Source of the DNA: Fibrobacteria bacterium
Lineage (GTDB): Bacteria > Fibrobacterota > Fibrobacteria > UBA11236
Direction of reading: 5' to 3'
DNA: 14,871 nt
NCBI GenBank assembly: GCA_043732185.1
Contig: JAYTHY010000031.1
Location: 1-14,871, forward strand
Both the position numbers and the translations under genes were made by a program. This document shows, piece by piece, positions 1 to 6,047 of the stretch. Within the stretch, counting starts at the first letter, position 1. Each line of letters opens with the position of its first letter. Under the pieces are notes generated by a model that worked only from the letters and a program-made list of their open reading frames with translations, did no database searches and was not told the origin of the DNA.

Positions 1-97
1 AAATTTTGATGACCCATAAAATCAACAAATCCCTTGCCTACATTGGCCTACAGGACATTTCGGTCGCTATTTCACCCACTCGATCGCCCGAAGAGCC
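1..97 (+). mobile_element. Right end of a putative ISL3-family insertion sequence (rest lies left of the window)
   Basis: 71-97 reads TTCACCCACTCGATCGCCCGAAGAGCC, matching the ...GAAGAGCC terminus typical of ISL3 right IRs (reverse complement GGCTCTTC...). It is followed by an AT-rich 8-mer, AAGGTTTT (98-105), a candidate target duplication. U32-like protein sequence begins just after it, and the U32 frame is closed upstream by TGA TGA at 7-12. Confidence 0.7.
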
Positions 98-107
98 AAG
101 GTTTTAA
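3..107 (+). CDS. C-terminal fragment of a putative ISL3 transposase (5'-partial)
   Basis: Frame 3 is open from the window edge: ILMTHKINKSLAYIGLQDISVAISPTRSPEEP|RF*. ISL3 transposases often read through the right IR ending in ...EEP and stop in flanking DNA (TAA 105-107). The fragment is too short to show catalytic motifs. Confidence 0.5.
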   Translation: MLMTHKINKSLAYIGLQDISVAISPTRSPEEPRF

Positions 108-696
108 CTTGGCCGGAGATTTCAGTCTCAATGTGACCAATTCCTTGACCGCCGGTTACCTGTTTGGCAAGGGACTCGGTACTCTCTGCCCAGCGTATGA
201 TCTCAACCAGTCGCAGCTCTTGGATCTTATCGATGCCGTAGGTGGCACACGTTTCGAAATTACCGTGCACCAGTATTTACCAAGTTTCCATATGGAACAT
301 TGTGTTTTTGCGGCCTTGTTAAGCAAAGGAACCAGCTTCCGTGATTGTGGCAAGCCCTGCGAACAGCACCGTGTTGAACTCCGCGATCATACGGGAGCCT
401 TGCATCCACTCAAGGCGGATCAAGAATGCCGCAATACCATGTTCAACGGCAAACCCCAAAGCGCGGCGAGGCTGGTTCCCGGCCTGCTTGCCAAAGGCGT
501 ACGGGCCTTTCGAGTGGAAGCTCTATACGAAGATGCGGAAACGCTGCGAACAAAAGTTACCGAATATGCAAGGCTCGTGGCAGGAGCTACCCTGCCGGAT
601 GAGGTTTTCGCTCGGATGCAAGTTGTGGAAAAATATGGCGTCACCGAAGGTCAAATGCGCAACACGGCGGCCTACCAAGACCGCAAAAAAACCTAA
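98..696 (+). pseudogene. 3' portion of a U32-family 'peptidase' gene (long RlhA/YdcP-like RNA hydroxylase type), apparently interrupted by the IS
   Basis: Motifs GDFSLNV, AYDLN, HQYLPSFHMEHCVF, DCGKPCE, LKADQECRNTMFN and FRVEAL are characteristic of the C-terminal part of long U32 proteins. The N-terminal region is missing, and the TTG at 34 in the ORF track lies inside the IS end. Confidence 0.75.
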
Positions 697-1032
697 CGCA
701 ATTCCAACTTTTAAGGGATTACAAATGATTGCACAAACCCTTGGTCATTCACTTTTATTTTTAGAAAATAAACACCGGCCCTAAGTGAAGTGATGTCCAC
801 TATGCCATTTGGTTCGATCGCAGCAAAATTTGGTTTTGCATAAACCTTTCCAGTCATATCAACTTATAATCGAGAGTTTTAGTGTTGGATGACCAGATTA
901 ATTCGGATTATAGATTAGAAAATGGCTTCGATTTACCTAGGCTAATTATTCCACCATTCGATACGACCGACAGCCAATAGTTACCGTTTGAAAATCAATC
1001 TGTATCGAACAATGCGAACTTTTTTTAAATCC

Positions 1033-3351
1033 CTAATTCATTTCAATTTTTATCAAGGATATCGCCTTAGCCCCTCCTCCAATGTTTGATAATCGGATAC
1101 TTGTGCTGTTTCGCGTCAGGTTGACTTTTGCCACCTTTTTGCCCCCAAGATTGTAGACCAACAGGCTCGTGCCGTCCCGTCGCCATTCCGGACGAATAAA
1201 AATATCGCTTCCAAAGACCTTGAACACCTTCGGTGAACTGAGGAGATTTCCCGGCTGAACAATTTCTCTCGCACCGGTTATTTCCTTCACCAGCACAAGG
1301 CTAACCATGTCGACTAGAGCCATATTTTCGCCTCCATTTGAATCTAGCCCTGCAAATTCTATCCTGTGCTGGCCCAGCGCCACGTCGAACGTATCGGTCG
1401 AGAACGTGTTGTAGGTTGTTGTTTTAGGGTTGATCAGAGCCACCTTTTTTCCATCCACCAGTACCGCGAACGTCTGACCGCCGTTGTTACCACTTCCGCG
1501 TTGGGCCGATCTTAAACTGAGGCGGTAGGTCCCGCCATTCATGGTCACAAACTGCTGCGCCCTGCCGTACTTCTGCACGAACAGGACTTGAGAACTATCC
1601 GGGGCGACAGGATTCACCGTGTTAAAACCAGTGGTGCCATTGCCTACGATCCCTGCCCTCGAGATGAAATTCCAGCCTGCTCCCGCTGTTCTGTAACTGA
1701 ACTTGCCGGCACCGAGAACCGGCGTTTCGAAACTCCCGTTGAAAATACTGGGCGTTCCGCTGGTATAGGTACCCATCATTACCTCGCTGCTTCCCGCTTC
1801 GAGAGCCTTAATGGTGGTTGTCGCGCTGATTAGGATAGGTCCTGAATATTGTGGAGAAGATGTCGTTGGACTGGTGCCGTCGGTCGTATAGTAAATTGCG
1901 CTTCCGGAAGAATTAGGAGTCAACACTACGGCAAGCTGCTTCGATGCCAAAATTGAGTACGTACCAGGTACCGGCGAAAAACTTACAGGTATCGGCTCAA
2001 AAGTTGCCACCCATGTCGCATAGCCATTCATGACGAGTTGGTTGCTACCGACTCCAGTGCGGGTTTTCACCGTATCCTGGTTGGTAGTCACATCCACGTA
2101 CTTCACATCGATCACCTTTCGCGGAAAGGTCAGGGTGATCTGTCTGTTTTGTTTATTCAATACAAGCGCTTTAAGCGCTCCATCTGGTGCAATAAAACCC
2201 ATTGCAAAAACAGAAGTATCCGATGTCGAAGCCGTTACCAGCGAATCACCCAGACCCGTATAGCGCGAACAAAGTTCAAGCACGCGGGCGCGCGCAACTG
2301 CTCTTCCGGTGTTCCAGTCCAGCATTGATACTTCGGGCCAGTTACCGGGCTGGGCCATCAGTTGTGACATTCCTGCTATGTTGGGCCCACCGGCAAGGGC
2401 CATCTGCGCGTACATGTAAGCAAATACCGCACCTGAATAACTCCAATACGGATCAGCGGCCGGATAGGCAAACCCGGCGTTCATGGTCCCCAATTCAGTA
2501 ATGCCGGCCAGTGCCTTTGGCCGAAATTGGTCGCGAAGATAGTTGGCTTCGTAAATGCGATCAACGATCGCCTCAGTCTGGTTGAAATAATCGCCCATCG
2601 TTTTTTGACCATACCAATGGTGAACAAGCATATCGACCGGAATGCCTGGTTTATGGTTTTTCGGGTCTAAAAAATACCGATGATACGTCGGATCATAGTT
2701 CTGGAGTCCGGGACCGCCAAATTTCATGGTGGAGTCGACTCTGAGCATGGCCGACACCAGCGTGTCATACCGTTTGCAGTAATCCTGCATGGATACGCCA
2801 CCTTCAGCATCCGGTTCATTAAATGCTTCCCAGTATCCGAATTTGAAGTGATGTCCAGAGGTATGATAGACGCCGAGTTCGTCAGTAAAGCCGCCTTTTA
2901 CATACCAGCTCAACAGCCGAGTGAAGTAGTCGCCGAGCAGCTTATAAGTTTTATCAAGCAGCACCCAGTCGGGAACTGTGGAAAAGTCCATTACCACCGA
3001 ACGTCCCTCCTGCGCGGCCATCAGGTCTATGACGAGTGAATCGATGGGCGCAAAATTCCAGTAGGTCTTGCCGCTTGAAGGCGGCTGTGGCTCGACAATT
3101 GGGGCGGGGTCAGGGATATAGGCCCAGGGACAAAACCGCACTAAGCCAGTCTTGATTCGCTTGAGCTCGGCCCAGGCAGAGTCGTGCGAAACCGCATTCC
3201 GCTTGAGAAGGGGATTCGACACCACCTGCAACGTCGGCGTGGTTTGCGACACCACCTGCGGCTTGCTCCAATCAATTGATACCGTTGCTGTTTGTGAAAA
3301 TACCGCATCTATAAAAAGTACTGAAGTAAGTACTGCCTTTTGGTAAAACAC
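1033..3351 (-). CDS. Secreted multidomain GH39-like (clan GH-A) glycoside hydrolase with chitobiase/beta-hexosaminidase C-terminal-like (Fn3-associated) domain, galactose-binding-like/CBM-like domain and T9SS-like C-terminal tail
   Basis: Signal peptide ending AVFS|Q. TTPTLQVVSNP...FSTVPDW...GGFTDE...YWEAFNEPD carries the acid/base Glu (codon 2815-2817) and GITELG the likely nucleophile (codon 2494-2496). Then come FSPVPGTY...IYYTTDGTSPTTSSPQYSGPI, NGSFETP...ALVDMVSL, and the tail LLVYNLGGKKV. Start moved from TTG 3363 to GTG 3351 because GGAGG (3361-3357) lies 5 nt upstream. Confidence 0.8.
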   Translation of the reverse strand: MFYQKAVLTSVLFIDAVFSQTATVSIDWSKPQVVSQTTPTLQVVSNPLLKRNAVSHDSAWAELKRIKTGLVRFCPWAYIPDPAPIVEPQPPSSGKTYWNFAPIDSLVIDLMAAQEGRSVVMDFSTVPDWVLLDKTYKLLGDYFTRLLSWYVKGGFTDELGVYHTSGHHFKFGYWEAFNEPDAEGGVSMQDYCKRYDTLVSAMLRVDSTMKFGGPGLQNYDPTYHRYFLDPKNHKPGIPVDMLVHHWYGQKTMGDYFNQTEAIVDRIYEANYLRDQFRPKALAGITELGTMNAGFAYPAADPYWSYSGAVFAYMYAQMALAGGPNIAGMSQLMAQPGNWPEVSMLDWNTGRAVARARVLELCSRYTGLGDSLVTASTSDTSVFAMGFIAPDGALKALVLNKQNRQITLTFPRKVIDVKYVDVTTNQDTVKTRTGVGSNQLVMNGYATWVATFEPIPVSFSPVPGTYSILASKQLAVVLTPNSSGSAIYYTTDGTSPTTSSPQYSGPILISATTTIKALEAGSSEVMMGTYTSGTPSIFNGSFETPVLGAGKFSYRTAGAGWNFISRAGIVGNGTTGFNTVNPVAPDSSQVLFVQKYGRAQQFVTMNGGTYRLSLRSAQRGSGNNGGQTFAVLVDGKKVALINPKTTTYNTFSTDTFDVALGQHRIEFAGLDSNGGENMALVDMVSLVLVKEITGAREIVQPGNLLSSPKVFKVFGSDIFIRPEWRRDGTSLLVYNLGGKKVAKVNLTRNSTSIRLSNIGGGAKAISLIKIEMN

Positions 3352-3387
3352 GAAAACCTCCAAGATTAAAATTTATCCCCATCCACC

Positions 3388-5193
3388 TCAAGGTATCACA
3401 AAGGACTGTACCAATTCTTTACCATCGACTTTCATTTTTAGAAAGTAAACGCCGGTTCGAAGGGAAATGATGCCCACCTTACCCGTAGTTTCAAATTCCG
3501 CAAAGTTCAGTTGGAAATAGTTCTTACCGGTTATGTCGACGACTGCATATCCAGTAGACCTTCCTTCAGGTTTTTGCACAGCAAGGAAATCTCCATTAAC
3601 GCTGAGTTTTAAACCGGGTTTTGAAATCCTCTCCCCCACAGGTGCTATACTGGTTGGAACGACATTGGAGAGGTGGTTGGTAGTGTAAAACAATTCAAAG
3701 GATTGCAGATTGTTGTTGACAGTCAGCTTGGTCAAAAATTCCAGTCCGAGCACCGACTGAGGTAATAATCCATTCATGTTGATCAATATTTCCCGATTGG
3801 ATCTTTTTACTATGCTGGAAATAGTTAGGAGCGTGCTATCTTTCTTTGGTCCGCCATAGTAACCCCAAAGCGATTTCATATAAGTGAAAACATAGGCTTT
3901 ATAGTTTGCTGGAGCAAGAAAGTCTGCCGAAATATCAGAGGTGAAGGAGAGCAAAAGACCGTTTTTAACCAGGGAGACAGTATACACGTCATTGTACGTA
4001 GTGCTGCCGATAAAATCGGGCTTAAAGGTCATTTTTTGAAATCCATCATACCGCGTGCACCAACTCCAATACGCGCCACTCGTACCTAATGCGCCCAAAT
4101 AAAAGTTTCCTTTGTTGTCTTCGACTATTCTGTAAATGGGACCTTCCATGCCACCAGTCATTCTGATTACGGCACCCTGCATCTGTCCATCCACTTTTTC
4201 TACCATCATCCGATTAAGATGGCCAGTGCGGTTGTCTCCAATGAGAGCCTGACCTTTAAAGGGACCACTTTTCATGAAATGAATATCCGTGGCGGATTGG
4301 GACATTCCAGCATAAGGAATCCACACCATGTCGTTTTTATAAGGCATCGAGTCGGCTACGGGTCCCAGGGAAAATTGCATGTTCGCTGCACCCGAAGTCC
4401 AATTGGCAACGGGTAAAGGCAATCCTGTCGTGGCCGACGTCGGAATGCCGTAATATTTTCCAGGCTTCAATAGAAAAATAGGCGTGGCAGGCCGGTAGTT
4501 GCCCTGATTATCGGAAAACCATATTCGACCTGAATCATCCTTGCCCATGCCATTGCTGTTGCGCATGGCCATGGCATAGTCCATTTGCCAGGCTTGGGTT
4601 TTCCAATTGTACAGACTCACGGTTCCACGACTTCCAAAATTGCAATACAAATACGTACTGTCCATTTCCAGATCCGAATTCCATGCATAAAATCCGGCTC
4701 GAGTGGGGATTCGCAAAAGTTCTTTTTTCTGAGTCAAATTGGTACCATCAAAATCATACGACCAGACTGTGCTGGAGGTATTGATATACACTTCGCGGTT
4801 GTTCCTCACTAGCAGTCCCAGAGCCTCAGGCAGGCCGACGAGAGGTAAAGCCGTGCGTTTGACCGTACGCGCACTATCCAATCCTGTAACCAGGTACAGG
4901 GTGCCGTTGTAATCCAGTTCCAGCATATTGCCATTCGCTAGCATAGCCATGCCCCCCGTCTGGAATTTATCGGGAGAATTATGCCATACCTCTAAACTGA
5001 CTCCCTTATTCACAGGCAGCGGTTTGGGATCGGCTGGTAGGTCGTGATCAGGGGGAATAACCTGTCGCGGGCCGTAAGGACTGGGACCTTTGATACCCGC
5101 TAACTTTGTCTCATCGCAGGCCACATTTGTCACCACCTGGGAAAAGCCGTTTCCAAGACACATGGCCATGGATAAAAGGAAGACTTTATTCAT
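3388..5193 (-). CDS. Secreted beta-propeller protein of the glucose/sorbosone dehydrogenase-like 'large multifunctional secreted protein' type, with Ig-like domain and T9SS type A-like CTD
   Basis: Signal peptide ending NGFS|Q. Motifs PEALGL, MRNSNGMG, IWFSDNQGNY, GPFKGQALIGD, EKVDGQMQGAV, GLLLSFT, YYGGPK, LFYTTN. C-terminus VVDITGK...LRTGVYFLKM...QSFVIP. Start overlaps the upstream stop (ATGA). Confidence 0.7.
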   Translation of the reverse strand: MNKVFLLSMAMCLGNGFSQVVTNVACDETKLAGIKGPSPYGPRQVIPPDHDLPADPKPLPVNKGVSLEVWHNSPDKFQTGGMAMLANGNMLELDYNGTLYLVTGLDSARTVKRTALPLVGLPEALGLLVRNNREVYINTSSTVWSYDFDGTNLTQKKELLRIPTRAGFYAWNSDLEMDSTYLYCNFGSRGTVSLYNWKTQAWQMDYAMAMRNSNGMGKDDSGRIWFSDNQGNYRPATPIFLLKPGKYYGIPTSATTGLPLPVANWTSGAANMQFSLGPVADSMPYKNDMVWIPYAGMSQSATDIHFMKSGPFKGQALIGDNRTGHLNRMMVEKVDGQMQGAVIRMTGGMEGPIYRIVEDNKGNFYLGALGTSGAYWSWCTRYDGFQKMTFKPDFIGSTTYNDVYTVSLVKNGLLLSFTSDISADFLAPANYKAYVFTYMKSLWGYYGGPKKDSTLLTISSIVKRSNREILINMNGLLPQSVLGLEFLTKLTVNNNLQSFELFYTTNHLSNVVPTSIAPVGERISKPGLKLSVNGDFLAVQKPEGRSTGYAVVDITGKNYFQLNFAEFETTGKVGIISLRTGVYFLKMKVDGKELVQSFVIP

Positions 5194-6047
5194 GGATTTT
5201 TCCTGTCATTAGATTTAAGAGTTTTGTTCTGCAGATTTACAAAATCATCTGGTTTGAATTGCGAGGTGGGTACGCGACGGCCTAGCATATTTGTAAAGCT
5301 TCCCCCATTTGACTTCGTGGGCCTTGATTTCCTTATAGCTTTTATTCCCACTGGTCCCTTACAAAGTGTGGAATCGGGATCATTGCCAATTCGAAAAGCC
5401 TGATCGTTAGGGATGGGGCAATAAGCAACCCGGGTAGGCAGTAATACTTCCACATCCTTGAAATAAATATCATTGTTACCTCCCGAATGCAGTTGCAAGG
5501 CGAGGATGCCGGTGGTGTCCATACCGGCCACCACATTACTCGACCAAATTAAATGTCCGTTGATAAAAGTCTTTAGACTGGTGCCTTGCATGTCCACTAC
5601 CAGTACATTCCATTCCTTATCCTTAACATATCCGCTGTCAATGGCTGTGGTCAGGAGTTTATACCACGAGTAGTCGTGATCCTGTACAAGCATTGCAGAA
5701 CCATCTTGCCTTGCTCCAAAATCAAAACCGAAATCCACTTGAATCCCTTTAACCCCAAAATCACTGCCTTGTGTGCCGCGCACATACAATCCGCTATTTC
5801 CCACCAGACTCTGGAACTTGAGGCGTACATATCCGTTCTTATAGATTTTATTGGTAACCAGATGGCCCCATTGCATAGTTGGATTAAGCGCATGAATTCG
5901 GCCTGCATCCACGGTCCAAAGTCCCGGCCCTTGCACATGCCAACCGGTGAGAGTTTTTCCATCAAAGAGCACTTCCCGAGTCTGGGCCCTTCCCAAATTA
6001 AGCAAACCGGACAATAACGATAGACTCAACAGCAAACGGAAATTCAT
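5190..6047 (-). CDS. Secreted DUF1080 (3-keto-disaccharide hydrolase family) protein with short Cys-pair module and basic C-terminal tail
   Basis: LFDGKTLTGW, WTVDAGRI, NSGLYVR, EWNVLVV...FINGH and GILALQLHSG..IYFKDV are the standard DUF1080 motifs. Signal peptide ends LGRA|Q. TAATG overlap with the upstream gene at 6047. Confidence 0.88.
   Translation of the reverse strand: MNFRLLLSLSLLSGLLNLGRAQTREVLFDGKTLTGWHVQGPGLWTVDAGRIHALNPTMQWGHLVTNKIYKNGYVRLKFQSLVGNSGLYVRGTQGSDFGVKGIQVDFGFDFGARQDGSAMLVQDHDYSWYKLLTTAIDSGYVKDKEWNVLVVDMQGTSLKTFINGHLIWSSNVVAGMDTTGILALQLHSGGNNDIYFKDVEVLLPTRVAYCPIPNDQAFRIGNDPDSTLCKGPVGIKAIRKSRPTKSNGGSFTNMLGRRVPTSQFKPDDFVNLQNKTLKSNDRKNP

Noticed and set aside
71..84. Group II intron 3' end (…CCCACTCGAT resembles …CCTACTCGAT)
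   Set aside because: No domain V hairpin upstream within the window. The ISL3 terminus and ...EEP read-through explain the sequence better.
34..99. TTG start and first 22 codons of the 220-aa ORF
   Set aside because: Not U32-like, has no RBS, and lies within the putative IS end.
341..784. 147-aa + ORF and other short ORFs overlapping the U32 gene
   Set aside because: Alternative frames of a clearly conserved gene, with no motifs.
697..1032. Bidirectional terminator in the convergent gap (e.g. GCAAAA/TTTTGC at 823-839)
   Set aside because: Only weak AT-rich stems with no U-tract; cannot support a call.
3352..3363. TTG start at 3363 for the GH39-like gene
   Set aside because: The GGAGG RBS overlaps these codons and points to GTG 3351.
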